Assembly (NCBI GenBank): GCA_963748625.1 | Contig: CAVVJT010000010.1 | Span: 1,280,001-1,344,000, forward strand | Length of the DNA: 64,000 bases | From: an uncultured Chloroflexia bacterium | Lineage (GTDB): Bacteria; Chloroflexota; Limnocylindria; Limnocylindrales; CSP1-4 | Direction of reading: 5' to 3' | Shown here: positions 53,743-62,342 of the stretch, piece after piece | Position numbering within the stretch: position 1 is the stretch's first letter | Layout: every line of letters begins with the position of its first letter | Position numbers and translations under genes: made by a program | Notes under the pieces: model-generated | The model's database searches: none | Told to the model about the DNA's origin: nothing | The model's input: only the letters and a program-made list of their open reading frames with translations

Positions 53743-55569
53743 GTGCCGACCCTGCCCGACCTGACATTGGCCATCAGCCCCGAGCTCCGGTTCATCCTGA
53801 ACCTCGGCGTCGCTGTCGCGCTCGCCCTCGCCGGCGGCGCTGTCGCGATCCGGTTGCGCCAGCCGCCCATCGTGGGCTACCTCGTGGCGGGCGTCATCAT
53901 CGGCCCGTTCACGCCGGGGTTCGTGGGCGACCACGAGCAGATCGCCCAGCTGGCCGAGCTCGGGATCGTGCTGCTCCTGTTCGCGTTGGGCGTGGAGTTC
54001 TCCCTGCGCGAGCTGGCGCGGGTGCGGCGCGTCGTCGTCCCGGGTGCCATCGCGCAGATCGTGGTGACCACGCTGGTCGCCGGGGCCGTGGGGATCCCGC
54101 TGGGGCTGGACCCCCTGTCGGCAATCGTGGTCGGATCCGCGGTGGCGATCAGCTCCACGCTCGTCGTGCTCAAGATCCTGGTCGAGCGGGGCGAGCTCGA
54201 TGCCCTCCACGGGCGGACGGCCATCGGCTGGATGATCGTGCAGGACCTCGCGACCATCGTGCTCATCGCGCTCCTGGAGCCGCTTGCGGGCGGCGACGTC
54301 GCCCTCCCGCTGCTGTTCGCGCTGCTGCGCACGATCGCCTTCCTGGGCCTCGCCTACGTCGTGGGCACGCGCCTCCTGCCGGGCCTGTTCCGCGCGGTCA
54401 GCCGCCTCGGTTCCCCGGAGCTGTTCCTGCTGTCCGTGTTCGCCACGGCGCTCCTGGCGGCGTTCGTGTCCAGCGCCGTGTTCGGCCTCTCGCTCGCGCT
54501 TGGTGCCTTCGTCGCGGGCATCGTCATCTCGGAGTCGGATCTCGCCCACCAGGCGGCGGGCGTGATCACGCCCTTCCGCGATCTCTTTGCGGTGCTGTTC
54601 TTCGTCTCGGTGGGCATGCTGCTCGACCCGGCGGCGCTGGCCGCCGACGCGCCTGCGGTCGTGGTCCTGCTGGTGGTGACGATGGCCGCGAAGGCGGGGA
54701 CGAGCGCCCTGTTCGGGCGCCTCCTGGGACTGCCGCTGCGCAGCGCGATCCTCCTCGGTGCGCTCATCGCGCAGGCGGGCGAGTTCAGCTTCCTGCTCGC
54801 AGCCCAGGCGCTGCACCTGGACCTGATCGACACACGGGCCTACAACCTCGTCCTGGGGACTGCCGTGCTGAGCATCGTCCTCACCCCTGCCCTCGTGCGG
54901 GGAGCCGTGGCGCTCGTGGAGCGCCTTGAGCACCGCGCCGTGGCGGTCGAGCCACCCGTGCCCGGCAGCACGCCCGCGTCGCGCGGAGAGCGCGTGCTCG
55001 ATGACGAGGAGGGCAGGGGCCGGACCTCCGTCGTGGTCCTCGGCGGCGGGCGCGTCGGCGCCATCGTGGTCCGGGCGATCCGGGCCCGCGGCTTCCGGTG
55101 CGTGGTGGTGGACCGCGACCAGCGCGCTCTCGACACGCTCGCGACGCTGGGGGCGGCGACGCTGTTCGGCGATGCCGCCAACCCGGCGATCCTGCATCGC
55201 GTGGGCCTCGAGCGGGCGCGCCTCGTCGTCGTGGCGATCGGCGACCCGCTCACCGCCCGGCTCGCGGTCGAACGGGTCCGGGCGATCAACCCGAAGCTCC
55301 CGGTGATCGCGCGGGCACGAGGACGGAGCGAGATCGCGAGCCTCCAGGAGCTCGGGGTGTCCCGGGTCGCCGACCCGGAGCTGGAGGCCGGGCTGGAGCT
55401 GACCCGCGCCTCGCTCGCCCGCATGGGCGTGTCCGGACCCGAGCAGACCGCCATCGTGCTGGGCATCCGGCGGCGGACATACGGGGTCGCGGCGGGTGCG
55501 GCGTCCAGCTCCGGCTCCGAGGAGCGCGGACCGACCCCGACGCAGCCGGACGCGGACGCGGCGCCCTGA
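53743..55569 (+). CDS. CPA2 cation:proton antiporter with RCK domain (YbaL/KefB-like)
   Basis: VGYLVAG, ISSTLVV, IVQD, LGAFVAG, FFVSVGM, GEFSF, GGGRVG. Confidence 0.92.
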   Translation: MPTLPDLTLAISPELRFILNLGVAVALALAGGAVAIRLRQPPIVGYLVAGVIIGPFTPGFVGDHEQIAQLAELGIVLLLFALGVEFSLRELARVRRVVVPGAIAQIVVTTLVAGAVGIPLGLDPLSAIVVGSAVAISSTLVVLKILVERGELDALHGRTAIGWMIVQDLATIVLIALLEPLAGGDVALPLLFALLRTIAFLGLAYVVGTRLLPGLFRAVSRLGSPELFLLSVFATALLAAFVSSAVFGLSLALGAFVAGIVISESDLAHQAAGVITPFRDLFAVLFFVSVGMLLDPAALAADAPAVVVLLVVTMAAKAGTSALFGRLLGLPLRSAILLGALIAQAGEFSFLLAAQALHLDLIDTRAYNLVLGTAVLSIVLTPALVRGAVALVERLEHRAVAVEPPVPGSTPASRGERVLDDEEGRGRTSVVVLGGGRVGAIVVRAIRARGFRCVVVDRDQRALDTLATLGAATLFGDAANPAILHRVGLERARLVVVAIGDPLTARLAVERVRAINPKLPVIARARGRSEIASLQELGVSRVADPELEAGLELTRASLARMGVSGPEQTAIVLGIRRRTYGVAAGAASSSGSEERGPTPTQPDADAAP

Positions 55570-55635
55570 GCCTGGGCCGGCGTGTGCTTGCGCGCACGCC
55601 TGGGCGGATCACGCCGGGCGACAGGCGGGCCCGGT

Positions 55636-56331
55636 TCAGGACGACGCGGGCCGGTGGAGCGCCTCGGGCCGGTGGAAGGCGTCGGGAAGCGGCAGCTCCG
55701 GGTGGCGCGACGCCAGCCAGTCGCACAGCGCGAACCAGCTCGTGGTGAACGCGATCTCGGGCCACGGGATGGCGTCGGGGCGGTAGGCACGCACCTCGAG
55801 CGTCTCCGGACTCGTGATCGGCACGCCGCCCACGATGCGGGCCTCGAAGACCAAGGTGACCACGCCCGCCTCCAGGCGTGCGTACATGCCGACCAGCGCG
55901 CCGGGCTCCACGATGAGCCCGGTCTCCTCGAGCGTCTCGCGGATCGCGCCCTCGGTGACGGTCTCGTCAATCTCCAGGAAGCCGCCGGGCTGCGCCCAGG
56001 ACCCGTAGCCCGGCTCGATGCCGCGGCGGATCAGGACGATGTCGCCCTCGTCCGTGATCGGCAGGGTGGTCACCACCATCCGCGGGTTCACGTAGGCGAT
56101 GAAGCCGCACGACGGGCACTCCAGGCGCGGACGGTGCTCGCCGTCGGGGACGCGTTCATCGAGGCCGCTGCCGCAGCGGGTGCAGTGCTTGAGCGAGGCA
56201 GCGATCCAGCGCGGCGTCCCACCCCCGGACGCGATGTCGGTGGAGCGCCCGTCGGGACCGCGGCCGAGGGCAGCGGCGGCGCGCAGCTCATCGTCGTCCG
56301 GGCGACGCTCCGAGTACTGGCGATCGGGCAT
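55636..56331 (-). CDS. Nudix hydrolase with N-terminal zinc ribbon
   Basis: CTRCG...CPSCG; PGGFLEIDETVTEGAIRETLEETGL Nudix box. Confidence 0.9.
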   Translation of the reverse strand: MPDRQYSERRPDDDELRAAAALGRGPDGRSTDIASGGGTPRWIAASLKHCTRCGSGLDERVPDGEHRPRLECPSCGFIAYVNPRMVVTTLPITDEGDIVLIRRGIEPGYGSWAQPGGFLEIDETVTEGAIRETLEETGLIVEPGALVGMYARLEAGVVTLVFEARIVGGVPITSPETLEVRAYRPDAIPWPEIAFTTSWFALCDWLASRHPELPLPDAFHRPEALHRPASS

Positions 56332-56333
56332 GG

Positions 56334-56840
56334 TCAGGCGCCCAACACGAGCACGGTGGCGACCACGATGAGCGCCAGGAAGATCACGGCCACCAGCACC
56401 CAGGTGAGCCGGAAGAGGCCGCGGCCGCGGTCCACGGGCATCCACGCCCAGGCGGAGCGCCAGATCCGCAGCGTGGCGTCGGCTGTGGTGACCAGGAGCA
56501 GCGGCGCGGCGAGCAGCACGCACAGCTTCACGATCGGGCTGCCGAGGCCTGCGCCCAGCTCCAACGCGGTGATCGCGATGGCGCCCAGCACGAGGGCGGG
56601 AGCCGACAGCAGGACGAAGTGCTTCTGAAGCGGCGTGGGCTTGGTCTCAGGGACGCTTCGAGGAGGCAGGCCGCGAAGGCTCTCGGGTACGGGGGTCGCG
56701 CCGAAGGGTCCCGCCGCCGACGTGGCGCCGGCCGCAGTGGCTGCCCCTCCGGCCGCTCCGCCCACGCCGGTCAGCACAGGTTCGGGGATCGCCTGCCGGT
56801 CCAGCACCGGCATGCCGGGCTCCCAGCGCTCGTCGTCCAT
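56334..56840 (-). CDS. Hypothetical membrane protein
   Basis: Three TM segments; TAGACT-6 nt-ATG start. Confidence 0.7.
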   Translation of the reverse strand: MDDERWEPGMPVLDRQAIPEPVLTGVGGAAGGAATAAGATSAAGPFGATPVPESLRGLPPRSVPETKPTPLQKHFVLLSAPALVLGAIAITALELGAGLGSPIVKLCVLLAAPLLLVTTADATLRIWRSAWAWMPVDRGRGLFRLTWVLVAVIFLALIVVATVLVLGA

Positions 56841-56884
56841 CGGTGGAGTCTATCGGCTCGCCGCCGGTGACCGCCTGTCCTGCA

Positions 56885-56990
56885 CCTCGCCCCGGCGTCA
56901 AGCCTGCGCCTCGCCCGGCCGTCCAGCCTGCGCCTCGCCCGGCCGTCCAGCCTGCGACTCGCCCCGGCCGTCCAGCCTGCGACTCGCCCC
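56885..56990. repeat. 24-25-bp tandem repeat x4
   Basis: CTCGCCC(C)GGCCGTCCAGCCTGCG(C/A). Confidence 0.8.
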
Positions 56991-57095
56991 ACGTGTGGGC
57001 CATTTCCCGAGGTTCTGAGCGTGGTCCGGGCATGGAAGTCGGGGTTTGCCACGCAGACCGTGCGTGAGCGACGCGGATTCGCCCCCCACAAGCTC

Positions 57096-58130
57096 CTATG
57101 GTTTGTCAAGCCGGGGCAGCCACTCGACGGCGCCTTGTTCGAGCAGGCGGAACACGGCCCGCGAGATCCGGTGCTTGAGGCACCGGAGCGCCTCTGCCCA
57201 TGACTTGCCCGCCAGCTGCTTGCGCTCCATATAGGCCTTCGCGGGCGGGTGGTGCAGGGACTGCGAGAGGGCGACCGTGTAGAGCGCCCGGTTGAGCCGG
57301 CGGTTGCCGCCCCGGTTCAGGCGCATCCGCTGGACCTGCCCGGAGCTCGCCGGGATCGGGGCGACGCCCGCCAGCATCGCGAAGGCGTCGGGCGAGCGGA
57401 ACCGGGCGACATCGCCCGTCTCGGCCACCAGGCGGGCCGCGGTGACCGGTCCGACGCCGGGCAGCGCGAGGAGCGGGTGCCCGGCGACCCGCGCGGCGAT
57501 CTGCTGCTCGATCCCGTCCGCCTCGGCGCCCAGCCGGCGTACCTCGGCCAGGAGCCTGCGGGCGAGGTCCGCGCGGGTCCCCGCCATCGGGGCGAGCGCG
57601 GCCTCGATCGCGGCCAGCTGGCGCTGGGTGACGAGGCGCGCAGCGGTGCGGGCGTATCCCGGCAGCAGCACGACCAGGTGGGCGTGGAGCCGGTTGCGGG
57701 CCTGGACCCGTGCGACGACGACCACCTCTCGCGCGTCCGAGAGCAGGCCGAGGTCCTCCGCCAGGCCGCCGAGCCGGACCGGCGGCAGGTCGGGCTCGCG
57801 CTGGGTCACCCGGGCGATCGCGAGGGCATCACCCGGGTCGCTCTTGCCGGCGCGACGAGTGCGCGTCCGTTCCCGGCGGCTCAGGTGCGGCGGGGTCTCC
57901 CGGACGTCCACCCCGGCGGCGGCGAGGGCGCGGGCCGCCGGGGCGCCGTACGAGGACGAGCCCTCCACGCCGACGAGGGTGCCGGGGCCGAGGCCCCCGA
58001 CCCAGGCGACGAGCGCCGCCAGCCCCTCGGGGTCGCAGGCGAACTCCCGCTCGTCGACCGCCGTCCCGACGCCGTCGACCGCGCACGCGGCGAGCGTGCG
58101 CTTGTGCGTGTCGATCCCCACCACTGCCAT
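57096..58130 (-). CDS. IS110-family DEDD recombinase/transposase
   Basis: GIDTHK, VGVEG, KSDPGDA (DEDD); PGVGPVTAARL; PIPASSG (Tnp serine); RGGNRRLN; GGAGG RBS. Confidence 0.95.
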   Translation of the reverse strand: MAVVGIDTHKRTLAACAVDGVGTAVDEREFACDPEGLAALVAWVGGLGPGTLVGVEGSSSYGAPAARALAAAGVDVRETPPHLSRRERTRTRRAGKSDPGDALAIARVTQREPDLPPVRLGGLAEDLGLLSDAREVVVVARVQARNRLHAHLVVLLPGYARTAARLVTQRQLAAIEAALAPMAGTRADLARRLLAEVRRLGAEADGIEQQIAARVAGHPLLALPGVGPVTAARLVAETGDVARFRSPDAFAMLAGVAPIPASSGQVQRMRLNRGGNRRLNRALYTVALSQSLHHPPAKAYMERKQLAGKSWAEALRCLKHRISRAVFRLLEQGAVEWLPRLDKP

Positions 58131-58154
58131 GCCGTGTCCTCCGTGCGTACGATG

Positions 58155-58330
58155 GGCGCGGGCCGGCCGGGCAGCAGTGCGTTGAGGTTGAAGGCCACGC
58201 TCCTATGAGGCCACGGCCGGCCCGCTCGCTCCCGGGATGGGGGCACTTGTGGGGCAGGCCACCTTGCGGGGCACGTGGGGCAGGGCCAACCCATCCCGTT
58301 CGCGAGCACCTTCCCACACCCGGAGAAGGC
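58155..58330 (-). ncRNA. Predicted IS110 bridge RNA
   Basis: 5' hairpin; target loop closed by GGGATGGG/CCCATCCC containing GCCCCACGTGC and CCCCACAAGT; donor loop closed by GGGCCGGCCG/CGGCCGGCCC containing CATAGGAGCGT; RNA ends approximate. Confidence 0.78.
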
Positions 58331-58354
58331 CTGACGAGTTACGCACGTGGGGCG

Positions 58355-58500
58355 CCCGCAGCAAACGGAGGGCCGCCCGCAGCAGACTGGGCCGAGACCG
58401 GGCCGCCGGGCCGCCCGCAGCAGACTGGGCCGTGACCGGGCCGCCCGCGGCAGACGGAGGGCCGCCCGCGGCATACGGGGCCGTGACCGGGCCGCCGTGC
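58355..58500. repeat. Degenerate tandem repeat region (GGGCCGCCCGC(A/G)GCA units)
   Basis: About 5 units interleaved with GGGCCG(T/A)GACC. Confidence 0.7.
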
Positions 58501-58531
58501 CGCCCGCCGACAGGACGACGCACCCGCCGAC

Positions 58532-59035
58532 TCAGCCCGGAAGCGGCTCCGCATTGCTCTTGTCGTCCATCACCGACGCCGTCTGCGCAGCCCGCCAGGC
58601 ATCGAGCCGCGCCGCAAGACCGGCGTCGGACAGCGCCAGGATCGCCGCCGCCAGCAGCGCCGCGTTGTCCGCGTTCCCGATCGCGACCGTCGCAACCGGG
58701 ATCCCGCGCGGCATCTGCACGATCGAGAGCAGCGAGTCCAAGCCGCCCAGGTGCTGGGTCGGGATGGGCACCCCGATCACCGGCAGCGTCGTCTTCGCGG
58801 CCAGCATCCCGGGCAGATGCGCCGCCCCGCCGGCACCCGCGACGATCACCCGGATCCCCCGTTCGCGGGCGGTCTCCGCGTAGCGGAAGAGGTGGTCGGG
58901 CGTCCTGTGTGCCGAGACGACACGCAGCTCGCAGGGAACCCCGAGCTCCTCGAGCACGGCGACCGCCTTCTCGAGCACGGGGAAGTCCGAGCGGCTGCCA
59001 CCCACGATGCCGACCACCGGTCGCGTCCCGTCCAC
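58532..59035 (-). CDS. purE: N5-carboxyaminoimidazole ribonucleotide mutase
   Basis: [32 protein letters not shown]. Confidence 0.96.
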   Translation of the reverse strand: MDGTRPVVGIVGGSRSDFPVLEKAVAVLEELGVPCELRVVSAHRTPDHLFRYAETARERGIRVIVAGAGGAAHLPGMLAAKTTLPVIGVPIPTQHLGGLDSLLSIVQMPRGIPVATVAIGNADNAALLAAAILALSDAGLAARLDAWRAAQTASVMDDKSNAEPLPG

Positions 59036-59042
59036 GATCCGC

Positions 59043-60758
59043 TCAGTCCTCCCAGCGCAGTGCGGCGCGCGCGCGGCGCGCGCGCTCGAGAGCCTCGTCG
59101 GCGTCGCGGCCGACCACCGTCAGGTGCCCCATCTTGCGCCGCTCGAACACCCGGCGCTTGCCGTAGACGTGGAGATGGACGCCGGGATCGCCCAGCGCCT
59201 CGGGCACTCCGCCGAGTCGCGCGTCGCGATCCGGGCCGCTGCCCAGCAGGTTGACCATCGCCGCGACGCCGTGCGGCACCGCCGATCCCAGCGGCAGCCC
59301 GAGGATCGCCCGCAGGTGCTGCTCGAACTGCGAGGTCGCGGCGCCCTCGATCGTCCAGTGGCCGGAGTTGTGCACCCGTGGTGCCAGCTCGTTGACCATC
59401 ATGCCGCCGCCGGGGAGCGAGAACAGCTCGGCGGTAACCACGCCCACCACGTCGAGCGCCCGCGCGATGCTCGCCCCCGTCTCGATCGCGTCGAACGCGA
59501 TGATCGGATCGACCGGTGCCGGAGCCACGCTCTCGCTGAGGATCCCCGCGTCATGGACGTTGCGTGACGGCGGGAAGGCGAGCGTCCGCCCGGTGCGTCC
59601 GCGAGCGGTCACCACGGACATCTCGCAGGCGTAGTCGATCTCCGCCTCCAGGAGCAGCGGCCGCCCGGCCTCGCCCCCCAGGGCGCCGACCGCCGCCGCA
59701 ACCTCCGTGCGTGTGGTGATCCGCACTTGCGAACGCCCGTCGTACCCGCCCAGCGGCAGCTTGAGCCGGCACGGATACCCGAGGTCCTCGGCGGCCGCTT
59801 CGGCCTCGGCGACGCCCCGGACCTCCCGCCAGGGGGCCGTCCACTCGCCCATGTCGCGGATGAAGCGGCGCTCAGCCAGGCGGTCCTGGGTCGCCCGAAG
59901 CGCGGTGAGTCCGGGCCGGAGCGGCGCCACCTCGGCCGCCGCCATCGCCGCCTCGAGGCCGACATGCTCCAGCTCGTAGGTGACGACATCGCTCCGGGAC
60001 GCCAGCCGGCGGGCGGCAGCCGCGTCGTCGTACCGCCCGACGATGATCTCGTCCGCCACGGCCGCGGTCGGGCAGGCGGGATCCGGATCCAGCGCGATCA
60101 GCCGGTAGCCCATCGCGCGCGCAGCGAAGCCCAGCATCCGGCCCAGCTGTCCTCCCCCGAGCACCCCGATGGTCGACCCCGGCGGCAGCGGCTCCACGCC
60201 CGCCGGCCCGCGGCGGATCCCCAGCCGGTACAGCGCGTCGAGGACGAAGTCGGCCTTCTGCATGGTGTAGGCCTCGAACGGCTCAGCCGCGACCGATCCG
60301 TCCACGATGCGCTGCTTGGTAGCGGCATAGGCGTCTCGCAGGGCGGCGTCGGCGAGCAGGGCGTCGCGGAAGCCCAGGAGCTCGGGCAGCTCGCGGCGGC
60401 CGGGTGGCATCACGTGCAGGTGGACGCGGTACGCCGTGCCCTCGTGGAGCACCTCGCCCACGAGCATCGGCCGGGTGGGCGGGAACGGTGCCAGGCCCTG
60501 CTGGCGTCCGAAACCGAGCGAGAGGAGGGCGTCGGTGAGGACCGGGATGTCGTCGGGGGCCGACTCCACGGCGAGGTCCACGATGTTCTTGCCAGGCAGC
60601 CCCGGGACGGCCGACGAGCCCACGTGCTCCACGGCAGCAGCGGGGTGCGCGCTCGCGATCAGGCGCGCCAGGCCCCGCGCGACCTCGACCGTCGCGGGGT
60701 CCCACGGGTGGAAGCCGGCCGGACGGCGCTCATAGGGGCGGACGGGCAGGTCGGACAT
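59043..60758 (-). CDS. purK: GrpB-like (UPF0157) domain fused to N5-CAIR synthetase PurK
   Basis: N-term [32 protein letters not shown]; C-term [29 protein letters not shown]. Confidence 0.9.
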   Translation of the reverse strand: MSDLPVRPYERRPAGFHPWDPATVEVARGLARLIASAHPAAAVEHVGSSAVPGLPGKNIVDLAVESAPDDIPVLTDALLSLGFGRQQGLAPFPPTRPMLVGEVLHEGTAYRVHLHVMPPGRRELPELLGFRDALLADAALRDAYAATKQRIVDGSVAAEPFEAYTMQKADFVLDALYRLGIRRGPAGVEPLPPGSTIGVLGGGQLGRMLGFAARAMGYRLIALDPDPACPTAAVADEIIVGRYDDAAAARRLASRSDVVTYELEHVGLEAAMAAAEVAPLRPGLTALRATQDRLAERRFIRDMGEWTAPWREVRGVAEAEAAAEDLGYPCRLKLPLGGYDGRSQVRITTRTEVAAAVGALGGEAGRPLLLEAEIDYACEMSVVTARGRTGRTLAFPPSRNVHDAGILSESVAPAPVDPIIAFDAIETGASIARALDVVGVVTAELFSLPGGGMMVNELAPRVHNSGHWTIEGAATSQFEQHLRAILGLPLGSAVPHGVAAMVNLLGSGPDRDARLGGVPEALGDPGVHLHVYGKRRVFERRKMGHLTVVGRDADEALERARRARAALRWED

Positions 60759-60774
60759 GGGGCCGAAGTGTAGA

Positions 60775-60839
60775 GGACGCCGCGTCGGGGACGCCGCGTC
60801 GGGGACGCCGCGTCGGGGACGCCGCGTCGGGGACGCCGC
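60775..60839. repeat. 14-bp tandem repeat x4 (CGCGTCGGGGACGC) directly upstream of the purK -10 box
   Basis: Read directly from sequence. Confidence 0.88.
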
Positions 60840-60901
60840 CGGAACGTGGTGCGGGCGCCGGCTCCGGACAGGACTAGGCCCGTCGCCCGCACGAGGACAG
60901 A

Positions 60902-61426
60902 TCAGTTCGACGTGATCACCACGGACCCGGCGCTCATCAGGAACATGAAGCTCAGGGCACCCAAGATGCCGAAGACGAGCGGCAGGATGACCAGGATCCA
61001 GAGGCAGCCGATTGCGGCGCCGCTGGGCTTCTGCACCGGCCCGCCGTACTGGGCGGCCCAATCCTCGTCGGACTTGAGCAGGTACAGGATCCCCTCGATC
61101 CAGGCGATGAACGAGGGGATGCCCGTCCACGAGAAGACCAGGTACAGGATCCCCATGCCCACCCGGCCCAAGTAGAACTTGTGCAGGCCGAGGCCGCCCA
61201 GGAGGATCGCCAGGGCCGCCGCGACGACACGACTCTTCGGCGAGGCCGGGGCGTAGGCGGGCGCGTAGGCCATGGGGGGAGCCGCGGGTGCCGGAGCGAC
61301 CGGCGGCGGAGCCGGGGCAACGGGCGGCGCGACAGGCGGCGCGGCCGGAGGCGGGGCCGGGGTCACGGGCGGCGCGGGCGCGTCGGGCGGCGGGGTCTGC
61401 GCAAGGTTGGGGTCGGATTCGGTCAT
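60902..61426 (-). CDS. TM2-domain membrane protein with Pro-rich N-terminus
   Basis: KSRVVAAALAILLGGLGLHKFYLG...GILYLVFSWTGIP. Confidence 0.9.
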   Translation of the reverse strand: MTESDPNLAQTPPPDAPAPPVTPAPPPAAPPVAPPVAPAPPPVAPAPAAPPMAYAPAYAPASPKSRVVAAALAILLGGLGLHKFYLGRVGMGILYLVFSWTGIPSFIAWIEGILYLLKSDEDWAAQYGGPVQKPSGAAIGCLWILVILPLVFGILGALSFMFLMSAGSVVITSN

Positions 61427-61597
61427 GGGAGCTCCTCAGGCTGGTGCGGGGCATGCCAAGCGTGGCACAGACCTCGCCCCTTGTGCGGGCCGTCTGAGCG
61501 CCTGGCCTCCACCCCCGGCGCCTGAGCGCCTGCCCTCAACCCGACGCCTGAGCGCCGGCGGCTGGCACCCGGCCTTGCGAACGGCGACAATCCCGCC

Positions 61598-62332
61598 ATG
61601 CTCCATGGTGGCCCCGGTCCGTACGGCGTCGCAGCACCGCGGATCCTCATCGTCGATGACGACCCGAACCTGCTCGTCCTCCTGGCCGAGCAGCTGCGAG
61701 CGGATGGCTTCGAGGTGCAGACCGCGCGCGACGGCGACGAGGCCCTCCGGCGACTTGGCCAGGCATGGCCGGACCTGCTGATCATCGACATGCTCATGCC
61801 CCGCATGGACGGGCTCACGCTGGCACGCGAGGTCAAGGCCCGGGCAGACCTGCCGATCATCGTCCTCTCGGCCATCGACACCGCGGACTCGAAGGCGGAG
61901 ATCCTCGAGGAGGTCGCCGAGGACTACGTCACCAAGCCCTATCACTACGGTGAGCTGCGGGCGCGGATCCAGCGCGTCCTGCGCCGCCTCGGTGACCGGG
62001 TGCCGCGCCAGCGCCTGGAGCTGGGGCCGGACCTTGCCCTTGAGCTCCACCGGCGCGAGGCGGACGTTGCAGGGCAGACCGTGACGCTCACCCCCACCGA
62101 GTCCCGCCTCCTCTACGCGCTGGCGGCCAACCTCGGCCAGACGGTGACCACCGAGACCCTCCTTGCCCGCGGCTGGGCCGACACAGAGGACGCCGATCCC
62201 TCCTACGTCTGGGTCACGATGCGCCGCCTCCGACAGAAGGTGGAGGTGGACCCCAACAAGCCCGTCCACCTGCTCACCGTGCGCGGCATCGGCTACCGGC
62301 TCGTCAGCGCCGGCGCCACCCCTCAATCGTGA
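61598..62332 (+). CDS. OmpR/KdpE-like response regulator (paralog of 42875-43582)
   Basis: ILIVDDD, IIDMLMP, DYVTKP, LTPTE, RRLRQK, GIGYR. Confidence 0.92.
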   Translation: MLHGGPGPYGVAAPRILIVDDDPNLLVLLAEQLRADGFEVQTARDGDEALRRLGQAWPDLLIIDMLMPRMDGLTLAREVKARADLPIIVLSAIDTADSKAEILEEVAEDYVTKPYHYGELRARIQRVLRRLGDRVPRQRLELGPDLALELHRREADVAGQTVTLTPTESRLLYALAANLGQTVTTETLLARGWADTEDADPSYVWVTMRRLRQKVEVDPNKPVHLLTVRGIGYRLVSAGATPQS

Positions 62333-62342
62333 CCCCAGCCGC

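Larger units (their letters stand above)
57094..58342 (-). mobile_element. IS110-family insertion sequence (1249 bp between GC core dinucleotides at 57092-57093 and 58343-58344)
   Basis: Recombinase gene plus ~210-bp upstream non-coding end; no TIRs; boundaries deduced from guide matches. Confidence 0.85.
56985..58354. repeat. ~119-bp palindromic element with 11-bp terminal inverted repeats, interrupted by the IS110
   Basis: CGCCCCACGTG (56985-56995) and CACGTGGGGCG (58344-58354). Confidence 0.6.

Noticed and set aside
57094-57112. Complete junction promoter formed on IS110 circularisation
   Set aside because: A TTGACA is present at the right end, but I find no convincing -10 at 16-18 bp across the junction
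50386-60839. Tandem arrays (50386, 56885, 58355, 60775) as CRISPR
   Set aside because: Units are contiguous with no unique spacers, and there are no cas genes
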